Below the pieces are notes generated by a model. The model searched no databases, was not told where the DNA came from, and saw only the letters and a list, made by a program, of their open reading frames with translations. Shown piece after piece: positions 10,252 through 21,677 of a stretch of 64,000 bases of DNA; the stretch's first letter is position 1; the number at the start of each line of letters is the position of its first letter. This DNA comes from Aurantibacter aestuarii (GTDB taxonomy: Bacteria; Bacteroidota; Bacteroidia; Flavobacteriales; Flavobacteriaceae): positions 456,419-520,418 of the forward strand of contig NZ_PXOQ01000007.1 in assembly GCF_003008425.1 (NCBI RefSeq), written 5' to 3'. Made by a program: the position numbers and the translations under genes.

Positions 10252-10289
10252 ACAACACTTACCTTTACATAAAGGAAAATACAACCCAG

Positions 10290-10330
10290 AAACCTCGTAT
10301 TCTTTAGGATATCGAGGTTTTTTATGTTTT
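10290..10330 (+). terminator. Intrinsic terminator after lepA
   Basis: AAACCTCG...CGAGGTTT stem followed by TTTTATGTTTT. Confidence 0.55.
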
Positions 10331-10481
10331 AAAAATGGTCTTTCCATTTATTTAAAATGGATGCCTTATTATCAAATATGCAACAAATGTTATGCTTTTG
10401 TAAAATTTCTGTAATACTTTAAAATAGTTATTCTATTTAAGTTAATATCGTTAGCTTTATAAGGCAATTTTAAAGAAGACC

Positions 10482-11888
10482 ATGAAAGTATTACATATTA
10501 GCGCAGAATGTTATCCAATTGCAAAAGTAGGTGGCTTAGCCGATGTGGTAGGTGCGTTACCAAAATATCAGAATGACTTAGGGAATACTAGTCAGGTTGT
10601 AATGCCTTTTTATCAGAATAAATTCACTAAAAACCATACATTCTCTAAACTTTTTGAAGCTGAAATCTACTTAGGTGAAGCGCTTATTCCGTTTCAAATT
10701 ATGACCTTAGACCAGAATACGTTGGGTTACGATTTGTTTTTGGTTCATATTGAAGGTGTTTTAGATACGGATTATGTGTATTCTCATAACGACACTAAAC
10801 GTTTTCTGGCTTTTCAAATTGCAGTGTTAGACTGGGTTAAAAGTTTAAAAAATCCTCCTGCACTTATACACTGTCACGACCACCATACAGGATTGGTTCC
10901 GTTTATGCTTCAGGAAAGTTTTACTTACAAAAACTTGAATAAAATTCCAGTGGTTTTTACCATTCATAATGCACAATATCAAGGTTGGTTTTCTCACGAT
11001 TTAGTGGGTTTAATTCCGGAATTTGATTTTACAAACGTAGGATTGTTAGACTGGAATCATCAAATCAATCCCTTAGCAGCAGCAATAAAATGTGCATGGA
11101 AAGTCACCACGGTTTCTCCAAGTTATATGGAAGAACTTAAAGAAAAAGCCAATGGTCTTGAAGCGCTTTTGGCTAGTGAACACCAAAAATGTGTTGGTGT
11201 TTTAAATGGGATAGATACCGAAGTTTGGAACCCTAAAACCGATGAATTTATTGTTAAAAACTACACACGAACGTCGGTTTTAAGCGGAAAAAAAGCCAAT
11301 AAAAAATGGCTGTGTGAAACCTATAATTTAGATCCCAATAAACCACTTTTCGCCTTTATTGGAAGATTGGTTTTGGAAAAAGGAGCCGATTTATTTCCGG
11401 CAATCTTCAACGAAGTGCTTCAACATAAAGATATTTCAATCTTATTATTAGGTTCTGGAGAAGCTTCAATTGAAGACGGCTTAATTCAACTTAGAGAAAA
11501 CCATAGCGATGTGTATAATAATTATATTGGTTATGATGAAAAGTTATCTCATATCGTGTATGCAGGAGCCGATTTTTTAATCATGCCTTCACGCGTGGAA
11601 CCTTGCGGTTTAAACCAGATGTATTCGTTACGCTATGGAACCATTCCTATTGTTAATAATATTGGCGGATTAAAAGACACCATTACAGACATTTCAAAAA
11701 ACGGGTTTGGTATTGTAATACCCGAAGCTACAGTAAATGCTACAGTAGATGGCATCTTAAAAGCAAAAGCATTTTACGCAAAAACCGAAAAATTTAAAGA
11801 CACCCAAAAATATATTATGACTATTGACCATTCGTGGCTTCAGTCGGCAAAAACCTATCAAGAACTCTATAAAACACTCATCCAATGA
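10482..11888 (+). CDS. glgA: Glycogen synthase (GT5)
   Basis: N-terminus MKVLHISAECYPIAKVGGLADVVGALPK; 468 aa; 4-bp ATGA overlap with the next gene. Confidence 0.9.
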   Translation: MKVLHISAECYPIAKVGGLADVVGALPKYQNDLGNTSQVVMPFYQNKFTKNHTFSKLFEAEIYLGEALIPFQIMTLDQNTLGYDLFLVHIEGVLDTDYVYSHNDTKRFLAFQIAVLDWVKSLKNPPALIHCHDHHTGLVPFMLQESFTYKNLNKIPVVFTIHNAQYQGWFSHDLVGLIPEFDFTNVGLLDWNHQINPLAAAIKCAWKVTTVSPSYMEELKEKANGLEALLASEHQKCVGVLNGIDTEVWNPKTDEFIVKNYTRTSVLSGKKANKKWLCETYNLDPNKPLFAFIGRLVLEKGADLFPAIFNEVLQHKDISILLLGSGEASIEDGLIQLRENHSDVYNNYIGYDEKLSHIVYAGADFLIMPSRVEPCGLNQMYSLRYGTIPIVNNIGGLKDTITDISKNGFGIVIPEATVNATVDGILKAKAFYAKTEKFKDTQKYIMTIDHSWLQSAKTYQELYKTLIQ

Positions 11889-13150
11889 TTAACGACAAAG
11901 TCATTTCAATTATCCTTGGTGGCGGACAAGGCTCACGATTATATCCGTTAACCGAATCGCGCTCTAAACCAGCTGTTCCAATAGCAGGAAAATACCGCTT
12001 GGTAGATATTCCAATTTCAAATTGTATTAATTCAGACATTAAACGCATGTTTGTGTTAACACAATTCAATTCGGCGTCTTTAAATCAGCACATTAAAAAC
12101 ACCTATAATTTTAGTTTTTTTAGTTCAGGTTTTGTGGACGTTTTAGCGGCAGAGCAAACTCCAAATAATAAAACGTGGTTTCAAGGAACTGCAGATGCTG
12201 TTAGACAAAGTATGCACCATTTAATGAGTCATAATTTTGATTATGTGTTAATTTTATCTGGAGACCAGTTATATAAAATGGATTTTAATGATATGCTAGA
12301 AAAGCATATTAAAAGTAAAGCCTCTATCTCAATTGCTACTTTACCTGTAGCAGCCAAAGAAGCCACATCATTCGGTATTTTAAAGACTAATGATGAAAAT
12401 GTCATTACCTCTTTTATAGAAAAACCAGACGCTAGTGTTTTACCAGAATGGTCTAGTGATGTTAGTGATGAAATGAAGGCGCAAAATAGAAACTATTTAG
12501 CCTCTATGGGTATTTACATTTTTAATAGAGAACTATTAATTGAATTAATGAAAAACCCAGACACGATAGATTTTGGAAATGAAATTATTCCACAATCCAT
12601 AAATAAAGTGAAGGTGTTAAGTTATCAGTTTGAAGGTTATTGGACAGACATAGGAAATATCGATTCCTTTTTTGAAGCAAATATTGGTTTAACGGACGAT
12701 ATCCCACAATTCGATTTATACGATAGAGATAATAGCGTTTACACCAGAGCACGTATTTTACCAACCTCAAAAATTTCGGGAACCAGATTGGAAAAAGCGG
12801 TTATTGCGGAAGGTTGTATTATAAATGCTGAAAGTATTACCAAGTCTGTTATAGGTATTCGTTCTAGAATAGGCGATGAAAGCGTCATTTCTAATACTTA
12901 CATGATGGGAAGCGATTATTACCAGACTTTAGATGAAATTGAAAACGACACCATAGTTGCTAAAGGTATTGGTAAACGTTGCCATATTAGTTATGCTATT
13001 TTAGATAAAAACTGCAGCATTGGTAATAATGTGATTATTAAAGGTGGAAAACATTTAAAAGATGAAGAAACCGATAATTACTTAATTAAAGATGGCATTG
13101 TAGTTATTAAAAAGAATGCAGTAATTCCTAACGGTTTTCAATTAGGGTAA
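11885..13150 (+). CDS. glgC: Glucose-1-phosphate adenylyltransferase
   Basis: ILGGGQGSRLYPLTESRSKPAVPIAGKYRLVDIPISNCINS motif; 421 aa. Confidence 0.9.
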   Translation: MINDKVISIILGGGQGSRLYPLTESRSKPAVPIAGKYRLVDIPISNCINSDIKRMFVLTQFNSASLNQHIKNTYNFSFFSSGFVDVLAAEQTPNNKTWFQGTADAVRQSMHHLMSHNFDYVLILSGDQLYKMDFNDMLEKHIKSKASISIATLPVAAKEATSFGILKTNDENVITSFIEKPDASVLPEWSSDVSDEMKAQNRNYLASMGIYIFNRELLIELMKNPDTIDFGNEIIPQSINKVKVLSYQFEGYWTDIGNIDSFFEANIGLTDDIPQFDLYDRDNSVYTRARILPTSKISGTRLEKAVIAEGCIINAESITKSVIGIRSRIGDESVISNTYMMGSDYYQTLDEIENDTIVAKGIGKRCHISYAILDKNCSIGNNVIIKGGKHLKDEETDNYLIKDGIVVIKKNAVIPNGFQLG

Positions 13151-13241
13151 AATTACAAATCCCATTTTCCAAACATTGGTAAAATGGAATTTAGGCATGA
13201 TAATTATGGTCTGGTAAAGACCTAAACACCAACACAAAAAA

Positions 13242-15152
13242 ATGAACAACACCCAAACCTATAGTCTTTTTACAGATTTTGATATTAATCTTTTTAAAGC
13301 AGGAAAGCATTTTAAGCTGTACGAAAAATTTGGAGCCCACAAAGTTACTTTAAACGGACAAGAAGGTATCTATTTTTCAGTTTGGGCACCAACCGCAAAA
13401 AAAGTATCGGTTGTTGGCGATTTTAATTTTTGGAATGACGCCGAGAATGAGCTTTTTGTACGTTGGGACAGTTCTGGGATTTGGGAAGGATTTATTCCAA
13501 ATGCTAAAGTTGGTATGCGCTATAAGTATAAAATCGTCTCAAATAATAACGACATAGTTACCGAAAAAGCCGATCCTTATGCTTTGTACTGCGAGCATCC
13601 ACCACAAACAGCTTCTATAATCTGGGATATTTCAGACTATAAATGGGACGACAAAAAATGGTTGAGTTACCGTAAAGACAAAAATGATTTAGATAAACCT
13701 TACGCGGTTTACGAAGTGCATTTGGACTCTTGGCGTAAAAATGAAAATGGCGACCGTTTAACCTATAAAAAATTAGCCACAGAGTTGGTTAATTACGTAA
13801 AGGACATGAATTTTACCCATGTAGAATTTATGCCAATTATGGAATATCCGTATGATCCATCCTGGGGTTATCAGTTAACCGGTTATTTTGCACCAACATC
13901 TCGTTTCGGGAACCCGCAGGAATTTATGGGTTTAATAGATGCATTTCACCAAAATGATATAGGAGTTATCTTAGATTGGGTACCTTCTCATTTTCCAAGT
14001 GATGCGCATGGTTTGGGTCAGTTTGACGGCTCACACCTGTACGAACATCCAGACGTAAGAAAAGGATATCATCCAGATTGGAAAAGTTTAATTTTTAATT
14101 ATGAGCGTAATGAAGTGCGTTCGTTTTTAATTAGTAATGCCTTATTCTGGTTAGAACATTACCATATCGATGGATTACGAGTAGATGCTGTGGCTTCTAT
14201 GATTTATCTAGATTATTCACGGGAAGCAGGCGAGTGGGAACCTAATCATTTTGGGACTAACGAAAATCTGGCAGCTATTTCTTTTTTAAGAGAATTTAAT
14301 GAAGCGGTCTATAGCCGTTATGATGATGTACAAACCATAGCTGAAGAATCTACAGCTTTTCCAGGCGTTACCAAACCTGTAAGTGTTGGTGGTTTAGGAT
14401 TTGGTATGAAATGGATGATGGGCTGGATGCACGATACTTTAGACTATTTTGCAAAAGACCCTATTTACAGACAACACCATCAAAACGATATTACCTTTAG
14501 TCTGGCGTATGCTTTTACAGAGAATTTTATGCTACCACTTTCTCATGATGAAGTGGTGTATGGTAAAAACTCTATTTTAGGTCGTCTACCAGGCGACGAG
14601 TGGCAACGCTTTGCTAATTTAAGATTACTTTATACCTACATGTACACGCATCCTGGTGGAAAATTACTTTTTATGGGAGACGAATTTGGACAGTATGAAG
14701 AATGGAATTTCCAAAAAAGTCTGGACTGGAATGTATTAGAATTTTTACCACATCAAGGTGCGCAAAAACACCTAAAAGCCTTAAATACATTTTATAAAAA
14801 CACGCCAGCATTGTACGAAAAAGCGTTTAGTATCGAAGGTTTTGAATGGATTAGCCTTGACGATGCACAAAACAGTGTGTTATCTTACATTCGTAAAGGT
14901 CACGACCCTAAAAATGATTTAATTGTAGTTTGCAATTTTACACCAAACACACACGAATCTTATAAAATTGGTTTACCAAGAAAAGGCAGTATTGTTGAGG
15001 TATTTAATAGCGATGCTGAAGATTTTGGTGGTAGTAATAAGCTAAATAAAAAAGTCATTAAAACCAAAAAATTAGAGTGGAACGGGAAAACATTTTCTGC
15101 GGAAATTATGGTGCCTCCTTTAGCGGCTGTGATGTTTCAGTATGAAGTTTAA
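13242..15152 (+). CDS. glgB: 1,4-alpha-glucan branching enzyme (GH13)
   Basis: 636 aa; GH13 catalytic motifs (GLRVDAVASM, FMGDEFGQ). Confidence 0.9.
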   Translation: MNNTQTYSLFTDFDINLFKAGKHFKLYEKFGAHKVTLNGQEGIYFSVWAPTAKKVSVVGDFNFWNDAENELFVRWDSSGIWEGFIPNAKVGMRYKYKIVSNNNDIVTEKADPYALYCEHPPQTASIIWDISDYKWDDKKWLSYRKDKNDLDKPYAVYEVHLDSWRKNENGDRLTYKKLATELVNYVKDMNFTHVEFMPIMEYPYDPSWGYQLTGYFAPTSRFGNPQEFMGLIDAFHQNDIGVILDWVPSHFPSDAHGLGQFDGSHLYEHPDVRKGYHPDWKSLIFNYERNEVRSFLISNALFWLEHYHIDGLRVDAVASMIYLDYSREAGEWEPNHFGTNENLAAISFLREFNEAVYSRYDDVQTIAEESTAFPGVTKPVSVGGLGFGMKWMMGWMHDTLDYFAKDPIYRQHHQNDITFSLAYAFTENFMLPLSHDEVVYGKNSILGRLPGDEWQRFANLRLLYTYMYTHPGGKLLFMGDEFGQYEEWNFQKSLDWNVLEFLPHQGAQKHLKALNTFYKNTPALYEKAFSIEGFEWISLDDAQNSVLSYIRKGHDPKNDLIVVCNFTPNTHESYKIGLPRKGSIVEVFNSDAEDFGGSNKLNKKVIKTKKLEWNGKTFSAEIMVPPLAAVMFQYEV

Positions 15153-15165
15153 ACTAGTTTTATAA

Positions 15166-15645
15166 ATGCCCAAAATTGAGATTCACACCGAGATAAAAGC
15201 AAATTGCAAGATTGTTTTCGATTTATCAAGAAGTATCGATTTGCATAAAATTTCTACAGAACACACCAACGAAGAAGCGATTGCTGGAAAAAAAAGTGGA
15301 CTCATAGAAATGGGAGAAAGTGTAACTTGGAGAGCAAAACATTTTGGATTTTATCAAAATTTAACCTCAGAAATCACTCAGTTTGATAGCCCAAGTTATT
15401 TTCGAGATGAAATGAAAAATGGTATTTTTAAATCCTTTCAACACGATCATATATTTGAAAACATTTCAGAGGAAAAAACTTTAATGACAGATATTTTTGA
15501 GTACCAGTCACCTTATGGTTTTTTGGGGAAATTAGCTGATTCATTATTTCTTAAAAGGTATATGACCAACTTATTATTTAAAAGAAATCAAATTATAAAA
15601 GAATTTTCAGAATCTGAAAAGTGGAAATTAATTATAAAAAAATAA
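15166..15645 (+). CDS. SRPBCC (START/Bet v1-like) family protein
   Basis: 159 aa; the pattern matches polyketide-cyclase/SRPBCC ligand-binding proteins. Confidence 0.55.
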   Translation: MPKIEIHTEIKANCKIVFDLSRSIDLHKISTEHTNEEAIAGKKSGLIEMGESVTWRAKHFGFYQNLTSEITQFDSPSYFRDEMKNGIFKSFQHDHIFENISEEKTLMTDIFEYQSPYGFLGKLADSLFLKRYMTNLLFKRNQIIKEFSESEKWKLIIKK

Positions 15646-15799
15646 AGTTTTTTTTAGCTATAAAAATTTTCACCTAAATAAATCAAAATCTACATCGTTT
15701 TCGTAAGCTTTTCAGTAATAAACCACCTTATTTTTAACGATTTATGACCCCTTAAAAGCGAATAATTGCCTAAGTTTACCTTACAAATTTTCAATAATT

Positions 15800-18196
15800 A
15801 TGATTACAAATACTGAGTTAGAAAAAAAAGGGAATCAGTTTCCTAATCAAATCGTTTCTTATTCAAAAAATGTAGATGTTTTATTATTTACAACCGAAAA
15901 TAATGTCGCGCTTCAAATTACCGTTTTAAGAGATAGTTTATTGCGTTTTAGATATGCAACAGATTCTAATTTCGATAAAGATTTTTCTTACGCCATAACC
16001 AAATACGCAAGTACAGGATATAATAAATTAGAAGTTTTTGAGAAGGATAATACCTATGTTATTACCACTCAAAAATTAATTTGTCATGTAAATAAAAGTG
16101 ATTTAAAAATTACATTGTTCGATGCTAAAGATAATTCTTTGATAAGTGAAGATGAACTAGGGTTTCATTGGGAAGAAAGCTACGAGTTTGGTGGTAATGT
16201 GGTAAAAATGAGTAAAGCCGCTCAAAACGGCGAGAGTTATTACGGCTTAGGCGACAAACCCGAACATTTAAACTTAAAAGGAAAACGCTTCCAGAATTGG
16301 GTAACCGATTCTTACGCGTATGGTAAGCAAACCGATCCTATTTATAAAGCTATTCCTTTTTTTACAGGACTACATAACGAAAAATCTTACGGAATTTTCT
16401 TCGATAATACCTTTAGATCATATTTCGATTTTGCGCACGAACGTAAAAACGTAACTAGTTTCTGGGCACAAGGTGGAGAAATGAACTACTACTTTATCTA
16501 CGGTCCGGAAATGACAGACGTGGTAGAAAGTTATACCGATTTAACTGGAAAACCTCACCAATTACCAGCCTTATGGACTTTAGGGTATCACCAATGTAAA
16601 TGGAGTTATTACCCAGAAAGTAACGTTAAGGAAATCACTAAAAAGTTTAGAGATTTAAAAATACCGTGTGATGCGATTTATTTAGATATCGATTATATGG
16701 AGGGCTTTCGTTGTTTTACTTGGAGTAAAGAGTATTTCCCAGATCCAAAACGTATGGTTAAGGAACTGGCGGACGACGGATTTAAAACCATTGTAATTAT
16801 TGACCCGGGAATTAAAATAGATAATGCCTACAGTGTTTTTAGAGAAGGTTTAGAAAAAGACTATTTCTGTAAACGTGCCGATGGACCTTATATGAAAGGT
16901 AAAGTTTGGCCTGGCGAGTGTTATTTCCCAGATTTTACACGTCGTGAAGTTAGAGAATGGTGGAGTGACTTATTTAAAGAATTAGTGGAAGATATTGGTG
17001 TAAAAGGTGTTTGGAATGATATGAACGAACCTGCGGTTATGGAGGTTCCTAATAAAACATTCCCAGACGATGTACGTCACGATTATGATGGTAACCCATG
17101 TAGCCATAGAAAAGCACATAATGTGTACGGTATGCAAATGGCTCGCGCCACATACCACGGTTTAAAGAAATATGCTTATCCAAAGCGTCCGTTTGTAATT
17201 ACTCGTGCAGCGTATTCTGGGACGCAGCGTTACACGTCGTCTTGGACAGGAGATAACGTAGCAACTTGGGAACACTTATGGATTGCTAATGTACAAGCAC
17301 AACGTATGGCACTTTCGGGCTTTTCATTTATTGGAAGCGATATTGGAGGATTTGCAGAGCAGCCAAATGGCGAGCTTTATGCGCGTTGGATTCAACTTGG
17401 GGTATTTCACCCGTTTTGTCGTACGCATTCTTCTGGAGATCATGGCGACCAAGAACCTTGGATGTTTGGAGACGAAATAACTAATGTGGTGCGTAAGTTT
17501 ATTGAACTACGTTACCAATTATTACCATATTTATATACTGCATTTTGGAACTATTTAGACCAAGGAACCCCAATGCTAAAATCGCTGGTATTATATGACC
17601 AGACAGATGTACAAACCCATTATAGAACCGATGAGTTTATTTTTGGTAAACAAATGCTGGTATGTCCTATTTTAGAGCCAAACTCGATAGGCAGACGTTT
17701 ATATATTCCAAAAGGTATCTGGTACAATTACTGGGATAATAATTCGGTAGAAGGCGGAAAAGAAGTTTGGGTAGATACAACACTAGATACCATGCCTATT
17801 TTTGTAAAAGCTGGTACTGTAATTCCTAAATATCCAGTACAACAATATGTAGGCGAAAAAGAAATAGAACAAGTTACCTTGGACGTCTATTATAAGAGAG
17901 GTAAAGAAAGTTCAGAATTGTATGACGATGCGCACGACGGTTACGATTACACTAAAGGACGCTATAGCTTACGTAATTTTAAGCTTACCGGAAAGAGTAA
18001 CGAACTAATTATACAGCAACATAAGTCTGGTAAGTTTACAACATCTTACAACACGTTTAAATTGAATTTAATAGGTTTACCATTTAAGATTTCTAAAATT
18101 GAAATAGATAATGTTGAAATTCTATTAAAAGACATTCATTTTGATGGTGATGCTTTAATTATAGATAAAGAGTTCACAGAATTACATATTATGTAA
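15800..18196 (+). CDS. GH31 alpha-glucosidase
   Basis: 798 aa; GH31 nucleophile region GVWNDMNEP and a WTGDN motif. Confidence 0.85.
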   Translation: MITNTELEKKGNQFPNQIVSYSKNVDVLLFTTENNVALQITVLRDSLLRFRYATDSNFDKDFSYAITKYASTGYNKLEVFEKDNTYVITTQKLICHVNKSDLKITLFDAKDNSLISEDELGFHWEESYEFGGNVVKMSKAAQNGESYYGLGDKPEHLNLKGKRFQNWVTDSYAYGKQTDPIYKAIPFFTGLHNEKSYGIFFDNTFRSYFDFAHERKNVTSFWAQGGEMNYYFIYGPEMTDVVESYTDLTGKPHQLPALWTLGYHQCKWSYYPESNVKEITKKFRDLKIPCDAIYLDIDYMEGFRCFTWSKEYFPDPKRMVKELADDGFKTIVIIDPGIKIDNAYSVFREGLEKDYFCKRADGPYMKGKVWPGECYFPDFTRREVREWWSDLFKELVEDIGVKGVWNDMNEPAVMEVPNKTFPDDVRHDYDGNPCSHRKAHNVYGMQMARATYHGLKKYAYPKRPFVITRAAYSGTQRYTSSWTGDNVATWEHLWIANVQAQRMALSGFSFIGSDIGGFAEQPNGELYARWIQLGVFHPFCRTHSSGDHGDQEPWMFGDEITNVVRKFIELRYQLLPYLYTAFWNYLDQGTPMLKSLVLYDQTDVQTHYRTDEFIFGKQMLVCPILEPNSIGRRLYIPKGIWYNYWDNNSVEGGKEVWVDTTLDTMPIFVKAGTVIPKYPVQQYVGEKEIEQVTLDVYYKRGKESSELYDDAHDGYDYTKGRYSLRNFKLTGKSNELIIQQHKSGKFTTSYNTFKLNLIGLPFKISKIEIDNVEILLKDIHFDGDALIIDKEFTELHIM

Positions 18197-18210
18197 TAGC
18201 ACAAAAAAAC

Positions 18211-18243
18211 AAAAGCCTGATTTTTAAATCAGGCTTTTGTTTT
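18211..18243. terminator. Bidirectional intrinsic terminator between the GH31 gene and the antiporter
   Basis: AAAAGCCTGATT / AATCAGGCTTTT 12-bp stem with A/T runs on both sides. Confidence 0.6.
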
Positions 18244-20092
18244 AATTAGCTTCTTCAACAATAACTTCCACATCAAATGGTTTTCCTAAGTAGACTAAAT
18301 GATGTTTAGGTTCTGTAATTTTAATAGATTCACTATCCGAAGGTATGATAGTTAAATCGCCTTTAGGATCTTTTAAGAATAAAGGTATAATGTCATTATC
18401 TTCTTTTGAAATTTTTATCAAATCTAAGTAATGTTGTGTATCGGTTAATTCAATTTCTTGAATACTCGGGAACTTTCTGGTTACGGTAGATAATCTAACA
18501 TAATCATCAGTTTGAGAAAATAAGCCTTCTTTAGGATTGTTATTTTCATCTTTCATCTCTTCATTGGTGACCAATCTAAACGATCCGTTTTCACCAAATT
18601 GTTTTGAAAATTTATTGATGGCGTATTTATTAATATCAGAACTTCCTGTAAGTGCCATTAAATAGCCTACATCATTTAATTCAATATTATCAATTAAGTT
18701 ATCCGAATAGATATTGGTAGTAATTGCTTCTAGGTTTAATTCTTTAGCTTTAGCAATATTACTTTCATTACTATCAATAAGTACGACATGACGGCCATTT
18801 TCTTCTAAATAATGCCCAATTAAACGCGATACTTTACTTGCACCCACAATTAAAATACCTTCACTGTTATTTAAAAATACACCAACTAATCGAGCAAAAA
18901 GTCTTGCAGTTGTTGCGTTTAATAATACGGTACCTAAAACTATTACAAAAACTAATGGGGTAATATATTCGGCATCTACAACGCCTTCACTTGCTAATTT
19001 TAAACCAAATAAAGAAGCAATACCGGCTGCAACAATACCACGTGGTCCAACCCAGCTTATAAATAGTTTTTCATTTAATTTTAAAGTAGATCCCGTGGTA
19101 CTTAAAAATACACCAAGCGGTCTAATAACAAAAACTATAATGGCGAATAATATGGCTGTATTCCAGTTATAAATTAACAACAGCTCACTAAAATTTATGT
19201 TAGCTGCTAAAAGAATAAATAATATAGAAATTAGTAAGACACTTAAAGATTCTTTAAAGTATAAAAGCTCTTTTAGATAAGCCGATTTTGAATTTCCTAA
19301 AACCATACCCATAACCACCACTGCAAGTAAACCAGATTCATGTGCAAAAGCATCAGACAGGACAAAAACACCTAAAACAGCTGCTAGAGCAAAAACATTT
19401 AATAAGTAATGTGGTACTAATTTTTTATTGATGATAAAATTTAAGGCATGGGCAAATGTAAATCCGAATGTAGCTCCAAATAATACAATCTTACCAAATT
19501 CAACCAATGCGGTTTTAGTAAACTCACCACCAGCATCTACACTAATAAATTCAAATACCAAAACAGCAACTAAGGCTCCAATAGGATCAATTAAAATTCC
19601 TTCCCATTTTAAAACTGCAGAAACATCTTTTTTAAGAGGAATATTTCTAAGAATAGGTGTAATTACAGTTGGACCAGTCACTATGATTAATGCTGAGAAT
19701 AAAAATGAAATTTCCCAAGTTAGATAAAACACATAATGCGCGGCAACTGCAGCACCAAAAAATGTAACTATTGAACCTACGGATATCAATTTTGATATAA
19801 CAGGTCCTACATTTTTAATTTCACTAAGCTTTAAAGTTAGTCCGCCTTCAAATAAAATAATACTAATGGCGAGCGAAACAAAGTAGAATAAACTTTCTCC
19901 GGGGAAAAGTCCTTCGCTCTCATTCCATATAGGTTCAATCCATTTTGTTCCGTCATGGCTTAAAAATTCTGCCGCAATTGGCCCCACGAGAAGTCCTATT
20001 AGAATTAAAGGTAAAATGGCTGGAATTTTAAATTTCCAAGCAACCCATTGCGCTAAAATTCCTAATATTATTATTCCTGCTAATTCTATCAT
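18242..20092 (-). CDS. Na+/H+ (CPA1-type) antiporter with C-terminal RCK/TrkA-N domain
   Basis: 616 aa; about 12 TM helices, then a Rossmann-like ILIVGASKVSRLIGHYLEENGRHVVLID segment. Confidence 0.8.
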   Translation of the reverse strand: MIELAGIIILGILAQWVAWKFKIPAILPLILIGLLVGPIAAEFLSHDGTKWIEPIWNESEGLFPGESLFYFVSLAISIILFEGGLTLKLSEIKNVGPVISKLISVGSIVTFFGAAVAAHYVFYLTWEISFLFSALIIVTGPTVITPILRNIPLKKDVSAVLKWEGILIDPIGALVAVLVFEFISVDAGGEFTKTALVEFGKIVLFGATFGFTFAHALNFIINKKLVPHYLLNVFALAAVLGVFVLSDAFAHESGLLAVVVMGMVLGNSKSAYLKELLYFKESLSVLLISILFILLAANINFSELLLIYNWNTAILFAIIVFVIRPLGVFLSTTGSTLKLNEKLFISWVGPRGIVAAGIASLFGLKLASEGVVDAEYITPLVFVIVLGTVLLNATTARLFARLVGVFLNNSEGILIVGASKVSRLIGHYLEENGRHVVLIDSNESNIAKAKELNLEAITTNIYSDNLIDNIELNDVGYLMALTGSSDINKYAINKFSKQFGENGSFRLVTNEEMKDENNNPKEGLFSQTDDYVRLSTVTRKFPSIQEIELTDTQHYLDLIKISKEDNDIIPLFLKDPKGDLTIIPSDSESIKITEPKHHLVYLGKPFDVEVIVEEAN

Positions 20093-20439
20093 TTGGTTAG
20101 TTTATCTGTAAATTAGGGCTAAAACCCTTAAAATTTTTGGCTAAAAATACTGTCTTCACTTTCTAAAGATATTAATTTGGCGTTAAAATTACCTATTCAA
20201 TTTTAACAAAACCACTTTTCCAAATTTGGATATATTAAAAGTTGAAAGTTTGAATACGTATTTTGTATTAGTAATAGATTTCCGAAGATAAAAAAAGAAT
20301 TTTCATTTATACTTATAAGAATAGGGTTTAATTAAAATATTGCGAGCAGTAAAAACTTGAAGTACAATACTGTAAACTAATAAAGCGATACTGTATATAA
20401 AATAGTATCGCTTTATTTAAAAACATGCTAATATCGTTT

Positions 20440-21675
20440 TTAGGCTTTTTTTAGCTTCATAAAATATTCGCCAAGAATTATAAGGAGTACACTTGCTCCA
20501 AACAATGGAAATACAATACCTAAAATAGCAATCAGAGCGATTATGCCATAACCTACTTTAAATTTTTTGGAGACTTTAGGAACACCTATTTTGTTTTTAG
20601 GTTTACGTTTTACATAAGACAATAATCCTGCTAAACTTATAATAAATAAAGCTATGGCTACAAACAGCATAACGGCAAAATTAGTTTTTCCAAACTGACC
20701 TTGATGGAATGCCATAAACCACATTCTACCTCGCATTAAAATCCCAACATCCGACCATTTGTAAGCCTTTATGAGCTTTCCAGAATATTGGTCGAAATGA
20801 AATTTTTGTTGCAAATCTAGGTTAAATGTCGTGTTATAAACACTAAATACTTTTTTTTCATTTTTAGGTAAAACAATGCATGTGATACCTTCAAGATTTA
20901 AATTATTAGCTTTATTAACCATTTGGTCTAAACTAAGGGCATTATTATTAGTAGTAGTTGAATTCATTCCATGACCATCCCAACCTTTTGGAAATCCAGT
21001 ATTGGTAACACCTTGAAACCACTTAAAATTCGATCCAAAAACATCTGTCCATGGAAAACCACCTGCTAATGTCATTAATAATAAAATAGACACCCAAAAC
21101 CCTAATAAAGCATGCAAATCTCTGTAAAAAACATGTTTTCCTTCTTTAAATCGTAATCGTACTAAAGCCTTTAAGCCTTCTTTTTTAGAAGGCCAATAAA
21201 TATAAAGTCCCGTTAAAATTAGTACCAACATCCAACTGGCAACTAATTCTACGATTTTAGTTCCAAATTTCCCTAAAAGCAATTCGCCATGCAACTTTCT
21301 AACTGTATGCATATCACTATCTTTAGGACTTATTTTTCCTTGTAAAGTATTGGTGTAAGGATTAACAAACACACTGTTTTTATGACTAAAACGTCCCGAA
21401 ACAAACTCGGTAGCTTGATTGTCGCCTGTTGGAATAACCATTTCGGTTAATGGCACTTTACTGTGACTTTGTGCAACCTTATATTGTGCATCAAACGACT
21501 GCTTTTTTCCTGTAGACTCAACCGTTTTAATATGGGCTTGTTTTGGTGCTTCGTAATTGTCCTTAAATAGGTAAATTCCACCTGTTAAAGCAAGAATCAT
21601 TATAAACGGTAAGCTTATAATTCCTGCAATAAAGTGCCATTTCCAAAACCATTGGTTTAGGTTTCTATTTTTCAT
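20440..21675 (-). CDS. PepSY-associated TM protein (iron-uptake accessory)
   Basis: 411 aa membrane protein directly downstream of the TonB-dependent receptor; typical PepSY_TM architecture. Confidence 0.7.
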   Translation of the reverse strand: MKNRNLNQWFWKWHFIAGIISLPFIMILALTGGIYLFKDNYEAPKQAHIKTVESTGKKQSFDAQYKVAQSHSKVPLTEMVIPTGDNQATEFVSGRFSHKNSVFVNPYTNTLQGKISPKDSDMHTVRKLHGELLLGKFGTKIVELVASWMLVLILTGLYIYWPSKKEGLKALVRLRFKEGKHVFYRDLHALLGFWVSILLLMTLAGGFPWTDVFGSNFKWFQGVTNTGFPKGWDGHGMNSTTTNNNALSLDQMVNKANNLNLEGITCIVLPKNEKKVFSVYNTTFNLDLQQKFHFDQYSGKLIKAYKWSDVGILMRGRMWFMAFHQGQFGKTNFAVMLFVAIALFIISLAGLLSYVKRKPKNKIGVPKVSKKFKVGYGIIALIAILGIVFPLFGASVLLIILGEYFMKLKKA

Positions 21676-21677
21676 AA

